Positions 25,304 through 37,439 of a stretch of DNA of 64,000 nt are shown piece after piece. Position 1 is the first letter of the stretch; every line of letters starts with the position of its first letter. The notes under the pieces were generated by a model. It was not told the origin of the DNA. It worked only from the letters and a program-made list of their open reading frames with translations, and searched no databases. The position numbers and the translations under genes were made by a program. This stretch comes from Anthoceros angustus (Eukaryota; Plantae; Anthocerotophyta): contig VJWM01000305.1 in the NCBI GenBank assembly GCA_010909165.1, forward strand, positions 33,411-97,410. Direction: 5' to 3'.

Positions 25304-27460
25304 GCGATCCCTTACACAACAATTTCGACCATGACTTCTCCACGCGTTTTTCCTTCCTTCCCCACTCACGATTCAGCACCTCGCATCGCGTATGGTACTT
25401 AATCTCTCCTTCCTCGATCTCGCCTTCTCCTTCTCTCCTCTCTCGATTCGCCTCGGGCATCCATCCTCACTCAACTCTCAATTTGAACACAACCGGCGAG
25501 GAAAGCGAAGGTGAGGAAGAAGAACGTCCGGCGGGCGTTACGAGCAAGCTCCAGACCGCCCGCGCCAATCCCTTGGTTTCCCTCCTCCTTTCGGCCAAAG
25601 GCATCACCTCCTCCTCCCGGTGAGCAAGCTCTCGACCACCCTAGGGCGTCTCGCACACCACCTCGTTAATTGGGCGTCTCCAAGCAGCCACGAGGCGTGG
25701 GGATCTCAACGAGTGCTCTGCGTGGGAGGCATAATCGCCCCTCTTATACATCGGTGGGCGCCATGCCCAGTTTTAGGTCCTAAGATGGCTATCGAAGGGC
25801 CGCGCCCCTGGTCGGGCGTTCCTAGGTCGGTCGACATCTAACCAAATCTATCCTTAGGATGCTATCACCTCACCTCGCTGTCTGCGCCCTCCTCGACTTG
25901 GCGTATCATCCTCCATTCTTGCCGCCACGAGCTCTCCTTGCCACGGGCGGTGGGGTTCTCCACACTACTTCCACCTCACTTTCATCGCTGCGTGCGAATT
26001 TGAGGTGTACCACCACAGGGCTTCGCATCTTCTGGCCGCCTATTCTTGAGGATTATTACGGTTCCTCGTCCACCCAAGCTGGACCTCCTCCTCACTTAAC
26101 TCCTCCAAAGTCGCCTCCGCATAATAGGGGCCAACCCCCCACCGGGCGATGGTAGAAGTATGCGCCGGGTCCTCACTTGCGATGGGTAGGCCACAGTCCC
26201 TCCTATTTCCACACGCACATGGGCGGTGAAGTTAAGCCGCGTTCTCCATTCACATATAGACCCGGGAACATAAGTTTCCTCATCCATGTGCCGCAACATA
26301 ATAGGACCCCTACTGCGGTGAGGTGCTTACCCCTCCTCCCGTAGGCTACACAGTTGCTGGTCCATGTCCTCGCGGCGCCACGTCGCATCATCGCCCGCAC
26401 CTTCCGGGTTGGTTGCGCCAATGTCGTGGCGGTTTTACTACCGGTAGTGGACTCCACGGCCGTCGTTCGTTCGACAACCTTGGTAGGTGAGGTTTCGGCT
26501 ACCTCGGTTCTTTGCTTCCTTCCTCGGTAGTTCCTTCGCTACTCGATCGTGGTCACTGCTACCCCTTTGTCCTTTACGGCTGACCACGTGCCTCATCCGC
26601 TCCGTTATATCGCTCCGCTAGCTTATGGGCCCTTTTGAGGGCGCCTCACGCTCTGGGCTGCAACAACTCCCCAGCATCTCTGGTTCGTCTGTGGGCATCC
26701 TTAATTTGAGCCATGGCGCTTCCTGTGGCTCGTCATGGCACAACTTCTCACAGGCCTGCACAAATCTTCTTGAATCTTGGCCCTTATTTCCTCTAGGTTC
26801 CGCTTGTCTTCCTCCATTGCTTGCGCTTGGCCTCCTCTTATCAAACTGGCCTTCACCACTTCCTCCGTCGCCCCACTGCGGCGGTGAGAGCTAAAGCCGC
26901 TTGATCCAACAAATCTGCTTGGGCCGGATCGCCGATGTGGTCGGCTCCTGCAGTCCACTTGTTGTGGCGGCGGCGACGCCATCCCTCATCGAGAACTTTC
27001 CTCCCAGGTGCGCACCCTCACCAATTCGGTTGCATCCACCTCTGTTGCCGTGGAGTCCCCTTGAAAATCTCTTCCCATCTTTGAGGGTCCGCCTCGAGTC
27101 GGCCTAAACCCTCGGGGTTGATTCATCATCGCATCCAGTGTCAAAATTGTCCTCGGATCGCGCCTCCTCTTACGCCACCTCCAAGCTGCTCTTTCATTTT
27201 CTGGCCTTGGCGTTTTCGACACAGTGGCCTTGGCGCATCCCTTCACCTTTTTGATGCCGCCTTCACCCCGGTCTTCCTCTTTTCTTGGTGAAATTTCCTT
27301 CTCTTCCTCCTCGGATCGCGCCTCCTCTTACGCCACCTCAATCGATTTTTCCTCGATTTCCTCCTTGGGCTCCTCCGCCTTCCATTTCACCTCCCTAGCG
27401 GCTTCCACATGTGGAGGCCACAATTTCCACCTCACGGGGCGGTTAGCGTAAACATAAAGA
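25304..27460 (-). mobile_element. Possible degenerate retroelement gag-like/low-complexity coding fragment
   Basis: Charged, coiled-coil-like open frames; truncates the Copia-5 LTR; no diagnostic motif securely identified. Confidence 0.3.
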
Positions 27461-27630
27461 TGGACGAAATGGTGAGATTAGAGGCCGGAGAAATCAAGTT
27501 CAACCTCTCTTCACACAACTTGTAGAGAATTGCTAATCGATCTTCGCCCCTTGACCACTTCATGAAGGAGCAAGTGGTCGGACAAATAATCCCCGCTCTT
27601 GTGTCATAGAAACATAGGAGCCATCGGCGG

Positions 27631-30600
27631 TGTGGTTAGGGAAAACCGGGGCACTCAGGGTCCTCCCACTATAAGCGGCCACACTTATCCCACCGCCGCT
27701 CAGACGCTGGGTTTCGTCCCATGAGACTTGTGTGAAAGTTCGAGGTCTTGTGATGCACCGATCGCCACCTGCAGAGACACACTTCTCAGCCTTCTAAACA
27801 AGCAAGGCGCCCTCTACTCTCCCTCTACAGTGCACCACTTGCACGCTCAAAATCGCCAATCCTCGACCTACAACGACACAACACAATTGCGGTGTCCCGC
27901 CTTAGGGAGGACCTATCACGGGCGCCTGTGACCCCCGATCCACACCGCGATTTCGTCCCTACTTCTAAGACCACTCTTCTCCACTGTGGAGCGCCTTTAC
28001 TTGTGATTTGGGATTCGTCCCTTAGGCTCGCCTGTGGCCTTCCACTAACACCTACACCTCTAATCCTCTACTCATCTTCTCATCTCCTCATCCTCTTCCT
28101 CCTATTCTAACCTCGATTCGGGCTTCTTGGTTTCGACCGCCCACGGCACAACCGCCTGGGTCCCTCCACCAAGTTCTTCCTTGGGCGGTTGCTATGAGTT
28201 TGACACTGACACGAGAACCTCCGAGTCTTTCCTGTAGTCTACCCTCAAGCCGAGTTCTGGGCATTTGCCACACACCCAAAGCAAAGCAATTTCACAAAGA
28301 ACCATTCACAAGGGAGCAACTCGTTTAGGCACTTGCGAGCAAGTCCTCCACCAAGCACTCGACCACCGCGACTTCCTCTACTGTGACGTTGGCTCACACC
28401 GCACGAAATTCCTCCCAGAATGGCAAAGGACTCGATGGCGTGGGCGCAAGACATGATACTTTACTTTGTGAAATCCTCCTCCTCTTATAGGAGGCCTTCC
28501 ACATACAACCTCCCTTGGGTGACCCTCTGCGGTCACCTTTTCCAATTTTCTACCGCCTACAGATTTAATGTCCGCACCTAAGTCTATTGTCGATCCTTGG
28601 TAAATTCTATTCTAGTAACTTCACCTAAGTCATCCTTGAAGGATGTCACATCACCCTCCTTCCTATTCTTCTACCTAGCATTTATGGTCATTGACCATTC
28701 TAGTCTTCACTGGGTGGTGACATGTCCCTTGGTGGATTGGCTCCCTCGCCCTCCTTTTGCTCTTGCCCTTCCCGCCTTTGTCCGCTTCCTAATGTGTGGG
28801 GCAAGTACAATCTGCCCTTCCTCCATCTCCGGCGGCGCCTGGATTCTTCCGATCGCGCCTCCCGCCACCGGCGCCTTTTCTCCAGCCTCCGCCGGTCGCG
28901 CCCGTTCATCGCACCCTACGCGGTGGTCGGCGGACTACGGGGTGACTTACCTACCATGGTAGTCGGTCCCTATCTCCTTCTTCCTTCCTTCTTCCTCCGC
29001 TGGTGAGGGTTTCGGGTCAAGATCTCCATTGCTCTTTGCCTTGCTTGATTTGTCCATACCTATCATAGAGCACCTTCATCCCCATCGACCATGCGATTTT
29101 CTAACTCTCCGGGCCTTTTTTTGGACTCCTCCTCGGGTCCGGTTCCTCCCTTATCGCGGGATAGAACTTCTCACCTTCCTCCTCGGGGTGGACCCGTCCT
29201 TAGTCTCCTCGGTGGGGTTGTCTCTCCCACCACCCAACCGCCTCCTCCTCGGGGTATACTACCGGACCCCGGCTCTCGGCCAGCCTCGCCCAACTCCCAT
29301 CAGCCTCCCGCTGGCACACCACCCTAGTCCGCGGACTACCGGCGTGGTGGTTCCCCACGGTAGTCCGCAGACTACCATGGTAGGTGGTCACCCACCGTGG
29401 TAGGGTGACCCTGAGGGTGGGCTCCCTCCTTGCTCTCGCGCCGTCTCCCACCGGCGCCACGGCCGCTCCTCCACCTCGACTCCTCAGTTCCTCGGAGTCC
29501 ATTTCACGATGGCCTCATCAAAATCGGAGGCCTCCGCCGCACTTGCGCCTCTTCATCATCATCATGAGGACCCAATGTCCTCCTCTTGGCCAAGTAAGAC
29601 TTCATTGTTGGCCTTCAAAATTCTGTGGAGGTGAGCCCCAAGTTATGATATTGCATTTGGAGATCATCAATCCGTGGCCACTCTCCATCTTCACACCTAC
29701 CTTTGTAGGCGTCCCTTGAGGTGGTCAATTCCCCACCTTGACATGGAGGTCACATTCTCCTCCCTCACTTCCTTTGGTGGCCAATTTTGCACGAAGGGCA
29801 TAATCCGCTTCCTCCTCACCACGATTCTATGCACCACCTTCTTGTGGCGCTCCTCCTCCTGAGACCTCCTTTGTTCGCTAATTCTTTGGCAAGCCCCTCT
29901 GCTTGCCAAGCATTCTTTTCGCTCCGACTCGCTCTGGTCTTGTGCTTCTCGCTCCTCCTCCAAATTAACCGGGTCCTTCTCAATTCCTCTCCCATGTCCC
30001 GGATTTTGATGGCTTGAGTAGCCATCACTGCTCATGTGCCCATTGCTTGCCGCTTCCTTCCTAGTGCCTCCTTGCTTTTCCTTTCTTGCTGGGCAAAATG
30101 CTCTCCGCCTTTTGCCTCCATGAGTCCTTTGGGTTGTTGCCGAATGGCTCTTTCTTGGTTTGACAACCTTCCTCCAAGACCTTCTCGCTCATCCATGAGG
30201 TCGTTGGAGCTTCTCGCCCCTTTTCCAGCTTGGCTGCCTTTTCATCGGACTCCATGGCCTCCAATTGCCATTTGGTCCCTGCTTCCTCACTACCGTTCAT
30301 GCACCACCTTCTTGTGGCGCTCCTCCTCCTGAGACCTCCTTTGTTCGCTAATTCTTTGGCAAGCCCCTCTGCTTGCCAAGCATTCTTTTCGCTCCGACTC
30401 GCTCTGGTCTTGTGCTTCTCGCTCCTCCTCTCAAATTATCGGGTCCTTCTCAATTCCTCTCCCATATCCGGATTTTGATGGCTTGAGTAGCCATCACACA
30501 CTCTTGCGGCCACTTTTGAGTTACCTTCTCCTTCCTAGTGCCTCCCTTGCTCTTCCTTTCTTGCTCTAATTGGGCAAAATGCTCCGCCTTTTGCCTCCAT

Positions 30601-33600
30601 GAATCCTTTGGGTTGTTGCCGAATGGCTCTTTCTTGACTTGTGACAACTTCCCTTCGGGGCTTTTCAGCGCTGTTCTGAGGTCGTTGGAGCTTCTCCTGA
30701 CCTTTTCGGCTTGGCTGCCTTTTCATCGGACTCCATGGCCTCCAATTGCCACTTGGTCCACTGCTTTCTTCCGGCCATGTCTTGGGCCTTGACCTCCTCT
30801 TGGCACGCCCACAAGGAGGCTGCTAGGTCCCCTAGCCCCTTCAAATCCACACGGCTGAGTGCTTCACAAGCACCCAAGAATTCTCCTAGGGGTCCTAATT
30901 CCACCCCTCTTCTTCTTTGGAAATTTCCAGCCTCGCACTCGGCCATCATGCGGGCGCGGGCCCCTTCACCGTCGCTCCATCCGCTCTCCCACCCAGCGCG
31001 GGAGATGGTGGCGCCGCCGCGGCACTCGTCCGCTTCTCCTTCCCTTCCGCCACCAGAGCTGCTTTGCTGGGCGAGGGGTGCCCGCCACCGTGGTAGGCTG
31101 CTCCCCCCACTGGTAGTCTCGCCTACCTACCATGGTAGGTCGCCTACCACGGTAGCTGCCCACCCCTTGGGTAGACCGCCTCTACCGGGTAGTGACGGGT
31201 GCCTCCTGTAGGCACAAGGAGATGGTGGGGACTCCCACCCCTTGGGTCACACCCTCCCGTGGTCCTTCTCTCATAGACTACCATTCGGCCTTCCGGCCTT
31301 CGCTCTCCCTTGCTTCCCCTGGGGAAAGGATTCCCACTCGGCAACTTTGTCCCGACCTTCTCCTCTTGCTTCTAGCATTTTGTGGAGGTCGACCTCCCAC
31401 CGCCTTCCGCAAAAGGCAAAGGCCTTTCCAACCTCGGAGATGGATGACCTCAAAGGGATGCCATGCATCTTCAAGCTCCTTGCTTGTGAGGAGTCCCTCG
31501 GTTTCCCATAAATGCACCAAATAGGTGCTAAGATGGCCTGGGCCCCTTCCTCATCCACCGAATTTGGCTTGAGGAGCTTCTCTCGATGGTGTATGTACGC
31601 TTCATACATGATAGTCCCCCAATCCGGCTTGGCTCCCATGGAAATCTTCCACAAAAATTGGAGGAAGTTGGTGCTGAAATAAGAAGTGCGTTGGTAATTT
31701 ACCAACCCCAGCACAATCTTTGCGAAGAGCCTCCACTTCAGCTCCTTGATGCTCTCGGTCTTCCAGCCATTCTTGGCGTGGGCCTTCACTCCTCCATCCA
31801 TCATGTCAAGGAACTCTGCGGGATATCGAGAGGGCTGTCCTCTTCCTCCATTGACCTTTCGAGGAGAGCAATTCCAGCTCTCTTCCTCCGGTCTTCCATA
31901 CACTGAATACTTCTCACGGTCCAACAAATGGGATCCGTTCTAGCATTCCTTTTAGCGCGAGGTCGCTCGATTGATGGAGGTTGATGTAACACTCCTCAAT
32001 CAATTCCAAATTGGTGTAGGCCCATTGGCGGCCATACACCCATCCTAGTGGATGTTCTCCTCCTCCGCCTCAAAAATCAACCAAATCTCGAGGTTGCTGC
32101 CCAGAAAGCAAGTGAATTGGGGCATCACAAGTTCACCTCCTCGCGGCGCAGCCCGCTTTCGCTTTTCCTTTTCTCCTCGCGAGGAGGAGCCCTTGCGGCG
32201 GCTCCTTTCCCTTGCCTTTCCACCTCGAGGCATGGCACCTTCCTTACTCCCCACGCTCCTAGCAAGAGGATTACTTCCCAATTTTCAGCGTGTGCTCCAA
32301 GCTTCACCTCCAAACACTCCTTTTCTCGCAGTGCCGACTCCCGACTGAGGCACAAGCACACGTTCTCTTGAGCCTCCGGCCGCCGATTTCCTCTTGATTT
32401 CTTCTCCAGCTGCGCAGTGTGGTCGCGATTTTCCTCCTTCTACTCTCACTCTCCTTCACCTTGCCTGGCCCAACGCGCCGGATGCCTCCTTCAATGTGTC
32501 CCTTTTTCCCAGTGTTCGAAGAGCTTCTCGGTGCCCTGGAGCGCTCAGTGCTTGCCGCCTCCTCTTTCTCCTTTCCCACTAGGGGTCTTCTCCTTCGCGC
32601 GCCGCCTTCCTCTCGTTCGCGGGTCGCAGCGACGACGGCAATGGCAGCTTCTCCTTCGGGCTTCTTTGCGCTCCAGCTTCAGTCTCAGTCTTTTGGGAAG
32701 TGAGGTCGCCTCAGCTCGAAGAGGAAGTTGGCGCTGCCCCAAACTGCACTTTGCCTTCCTTGGATGACTGCCACCTGGCGGCCACACAACCCTAGATTCT
32801 GTGCATCATTCACAAAATCCTAATCTGATCTATACTACCTATTTTCCTACTCTGCCTAATTAATCTCTTGCTAATTACTCTTATATATTTATCCCCTATT
32901 GATGAGCATATATATAGTGGATATCCCCTTTATTCTAAGTTTCCTTTTTAGCCGAGATTTGTCAGCCTACCGCGGTAGTCTACGGGCTTACGCGTAGTCC
33001 GCCTTACTCGCGGAGTGTGGCACCTACGGTGGTGATGCCGACCTACCAACCTTCGACTCTTCGCTGGGGTCGCTTGACCCGTTTTCCTCTGGGATATCCT
33101 CTTTGCCTTCCTAACAATATTCCACAGCTCTAGTTCCAAGATCTTGAAGTTTTCCTGCATGTTCCTCTTCAATCGGTCTTAGCCAAAAAATCAAACTTGT
33201 CTTGGCGGTTTGAATTTGGTTGCCCAAACTTTTCGTTCCACACGGACCCATCAATGCAATTGCCAAATCCCACGTCGACCGGCCTGGGTTCCCAGTCGCC
33301 CGCCTTAACCCGGCAGTGCTGTATGTATGATGCTCCTTTTAAGGGCGGCTCCATCACCAAACCGCTTTGCCTCCTCCTCCTTCACTGCGCCCCTTACACC
33401 TCCTAACCAATTCAGGGTCCCAATCCTGCGGCAGCTCTAATTCCCTTGTTTGTCCTTGCGTGGCCTTGCACTCATTGCACGGGTCCCAAGTTCATGTAAT
33501 TCCACGTTCTTCCATGAAGCCAAGCTTGACTCCTTCACCAATTCCCATTTCGAACTTTCCAATGATCCATGTTTGGCCATGGAGCAAGCACAATCTCAGT

Positions 33601-34260
33601 GCGACCTTGGGCGCCATCCCTCCACAGGAGTCTCCGGGTCTGCGCCTCAAATCGGTGGCTGATTCATTGAATGGCGGGAGTCGGTCTCGGGGTTCCTACC
33701 TCCTCGACCAGCGCGCGCCACTCGTGGCGCCTTCCTCCTCTAGCGTTGCGACTCGCGATGTCGCGGATGGGGTCGGGCTCCTTCCCCTGGAGTGTGCCTC
33801 GCGCCTCCACAGATCGCGGTGTTCTCCCGGATGCAACTCCTCGACTTTATCGGCGCTCCGGCCGTCGTTGCGCTCCATTGCCGCTTCCCTGCGCCGTTCT
33901 CCGTTGTCGAAACGAACGTTACTCCCTAGGGGTTAAGTTCCCAGTTCCCCTACCACATTAGAGCCTCTCGACCTCCACACCCCAATCCACAACCCCACTC
34001 ATTCGATTTCTGTGATCGGTTGACTCCAAGCCTATAGACCTATCACTCCCTAATTATACCAACCCCTACCTCACATATATAGACCTTTTAGTGGACATCC
34101 CAAGTCCATGGGCCAAGGAACATCGAGTTCCGGGCCTTATTATCTAACCTAGAAATAAAAACAAGGAAAACCATAGGCCAAGGGCGTTTCTTTTATAAAT
34201 ACATACCCTCTTGTCATTTGACTTATTTTCACATACACCTAAAAAAAACAAAAAAACACT
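27631..34260 (-). mobile_element. Gypsy 3' accessory region plus LTR, 'element B': promoter - ORF Y - promoter - ORF X/coiled coil - LTR
   Basis: Inverted homology to 10540-17597; LTR end ...CCACA at 27631; 471-bp internal duplication (29830 vs 30301). Confidence 0.7.
31271..32100 (-). CDS. ORF X copy in element B (longest open piece 218 aa, 31271-31927)
   Basis: Same KELKWRLFAKIVLGLVNYQRTSYF...PDWGTIMYEAY core. Confidence 0.65.
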
Positions 34261-35335
34261 TCAAGGCACATCCCAATAGGGGTTTTGAGTCAGATCGTTT
34301 ACCGTTGCAAAGTAAGTTAGCCTCGGGAGGTGGCACAGGAATTTGATGAGATTGCTTGAAGGGCCGGAGATGCGGGTCCACTTACATGCTAGGTCAACAA
34401 GTTTGCCAAGGAGATGCTCCTTGTTGACAAGGAAGTTGTTGGGTCCCCACGATGACAGTGGAGATTTGAAGAATTGCACCTCAACTGAGAGATCTGTGAC
34501 TTGGAGAGTGAAATGGATGCGTAAGGCTCAATGGGAGGAGCCAATGGAAGAGGAAGAGATTTCAGCAGGGAGTTGGTGGGGTGTCTGCAGGACAGAGCCG
34601 CACTCACCCAACCGCCTGAGGTAATTGCGGGCAGACAGATGCTGTAGAGAGGCCAAGGCTCTACAAGAGCGCCTGCAAGAGGGGTGGCGCACCGATCAGC
34701 CAAGATCGCCGAGACAGTGTGGAGGTTCCCGCGACGACGAGTGAAGAGATCCGGACAACCCCCAAGCCAAGAGGAGGAAGGCGGTGGTTGGGCCCGCCAT
34801 GCCAACCCAAGAAGAAGTAGGCGATAGTTGGTAGGGGAGTGAATGGGTCATTAAGACCCTAGGGGTTAGTGGGATTGTTAGGAGGTAGGTTAAGAACCTT
34901 TTAAGAGGCCACCTACTTAAAACCGTAAGCAACCCCACCTACCCCACGGACTTAATTAATGCTAGGGGTTTGGGGAGCTCCTATAAGAGGGGAGGAGCTC
35001 CCATAATAAAATGTCATGCCTTGCCTCCGACCTGTGTGCTTGTCTTGCTACACAAGCGCGCGACTGCGTGAGGTGCATGGTGTCCGTAGGGTCTTGAGGT
35101 GCGGTGACTGTGGTGAGGGCCCAAACCTTTCTTCTGGAGGTAGCCGGTAGTGCTCGAGCGGTGAGGGAGCGCATTGCGTGACGGCGGCATCGAAAGGGAA
35201 GACCCTAGCAAAATCCAAAGACGCGGACGCCACAGCCAAATGTCCGCCTAGGTCCGTGAGGGCAATGCCCTATGATCCGAGGCGCTGGCCGGGAGGCTGT
35301 GAGGGCGCCTGTAATGATAGTTAGCTAGGAAGAGT

Positions 35336-35540
35336 GGAAGAGGTAGATTAGAGAAGAGAGAGGAGAAGAGAGGAGAAAAGAGAGAAAAGAGAAAAGAGAG
35401 AGCGAGAGAGAGAGAGAGCGAGAGAGGACGAGAGAGAGGAGCTAGAGAGGGAGCAAGAGAGGAGAAGGAAGGAGCAAGAGAGAAAAGAGAAAAAGACAAA
35501 AGAGAAGAGAGGAGGAAGAAACCTAGAAAGAGAGGGAAGG
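35336..35540 (+). repeat. GA-rich purine microsatellite inside the LTR
   Basis: About 200 bp of (GA)n/GAA-type sequence. Confidence 0.9.
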
Positions 35541-35952
35541 TGAAATTTCAAGGGTCGTGGATAAGAGCTTGAGGGGCGGCCCCAAATTTGTCATGAGAAG
35601 GGTCTTAGGGAGTGTAGGAACTGCTGGTGGGAGGATTGCCCATCAGACGGTGATTTGGGTCCCCAAGGTCGCCACCGCAGACATCTGGCGACGAGGTCCG
35701 CTACCGAGTCATCGCGCGAGGGTAGTGTGACTTACCGAGGGGTGGGTCACCGCGGTGGCGCCGTAGGAGGGGCGCTAGTCACCGGGCGCCTGACGGAGCC
35801 GTGAGAGTCGAGAGGTCGTGAGGGCGCACCTCCATCCGCGCGGGAAGGGCTCCCCACTCCTTCGTGGGAACGAAACCCACAGACGAACCTGGGATAAGTG
35901 TGGCTGCCATGTGGCTGAGGGTTCCGGGGTCCCGGAACCTCCCACCACATTT

Positions 35953-35969
35953 TGGCGCCGCTGCGGGAG
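35953..35969 (+). promoter_or_regulatory. Primer-binding site, tRNA-Asp type
   Basis: TGGCGCCGCTGCGGGAG, 3 nt after the LTR end; resembles the Athila-type PBS TGGCGCCGTTGCCGGGGA. Confidence 0.75.
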
Positions 35970-37439
35970 TGGGTTGTGTGTTTTTCTTTGTTCGAATGGA
36001 GAGTGTGAAGATGTCGTCGATGGCCGGAGGGCGTGGTGAACGAAGAGCATCCGGAGGAAGGTCATCTCCATATATTTCACCAAGAGAGTTGCGAGCAACA
36101 CGGAGGAATCAATCGAAAGAAGTCCGAGAGAACGACCGAGGGAGGAAGAGGATTTTGTGCCTTCACTCGGCGCACTTGAAGAAGAAGATTTTGCACTTCA
36201 CGGTGAAGGTGAAGAGTTGGAAGAACCAAGAAGGGACGAAACTGATCCAAGAGCGGTCGACACATTGGAAGGACAGTTCTGAAGTCTGAAGAAGACAATC
36301 GACGGTACCCTCGAGGAGACACGTTGCGAGGTGTACCAGCGGAAGGTCGGTGATTTCACCGTTCGCATGACGGACACCGGTGGTGTCCATTCGTCGATCG
36401 ATCGATGTTGGGAGCGGCGCAGGGGTGCAACACCGGCGGTCGTGCTCAACATGAGTGGAGTCGGTGCAGCGGGAGGCACCACGGTAGGAAGAGGTGGCTC
36501 ATTGCAGCCACATAGTCGGCAATGCGTGAAGTTTGGAGACAAGAAGAAGGGAGGCGATCACGAGGCTTTTATTCATGCGTTTGAGCATGTCTCTCATGCT
36601 AATTTAGAGGATTGATGGACCGTTTGCGAATTTTTCGGGTTGTTAAGAGGACACGCTGGGGTGATACGATGGGGCGTATGGGATGCTGCAAGCAGTTAGG
36701 AAGACTTCAAATCGAGTTCTAACAAGGTTAGAGGGTTGAGTCACGGACATCATACATTGGCGAGATTGAGGACTCTCGCGGAGAAAGAAGAAGCTGTATG
36801 ATTACGTGGAGAGGTTCTGACTACTTGGATCGCGTTCCAAGGTGTAGACCCGATTGTTCGAGAGGTCCTACCACGATGGGCTATTGAGATGGCGTTAGAT
36901 TGGTTTGTAAGTGGGTTGCCCACTAAGATGGATGTTCTTGTCGGAGAGGAGCTACTGTTGCAAACATTGAAGTTGGCTGAAGATTACGAGGCGGTGAGCT
37001 TGGTCGTCGAAGGAAGAAGCGGAGGGAGCATGGGAAGCATAAGGGAGGAAGATCCTCCAGCTCTCCCTCGTCCTCTCATTCTTCGCCCTCTTCACAGTCA
37101 GACACGGAACAAGGAAGTCTTTGCATCGAGTCATCCACGGATGAGGAGTCGAGGCGAGCCCTGAGCGGAGGAATGAAGAAGGATTTGGAAGATTGAGCGA
37201 AGACAAGGGAAGCGGCGGTGGAAAGATAAGAAGGGTAAAGGGCGCGCAGATGGGAGCAGCGACGGGTGGTGGAGGTCTAAACAACCAAATTGAGGCTTTG
37301 AGGGAGATTGGTCAGTGGAGGTCAAAGCGATTCGCAACCAGGCGCCTAGGAGGTCTCCTTAGCGCAGAGTGGTATTGTTTGATACATCATCAATCAATTT
37401 CTGAATCGAGAGTGTATCAAGATAGGTTGCTCCCAAGGG

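Noticed and set aside
27151-27339. 31-bp exact direct repeat (27151 and 27309)
   Set aside because: Ordinary local duplication in low-complexity TE sequence.
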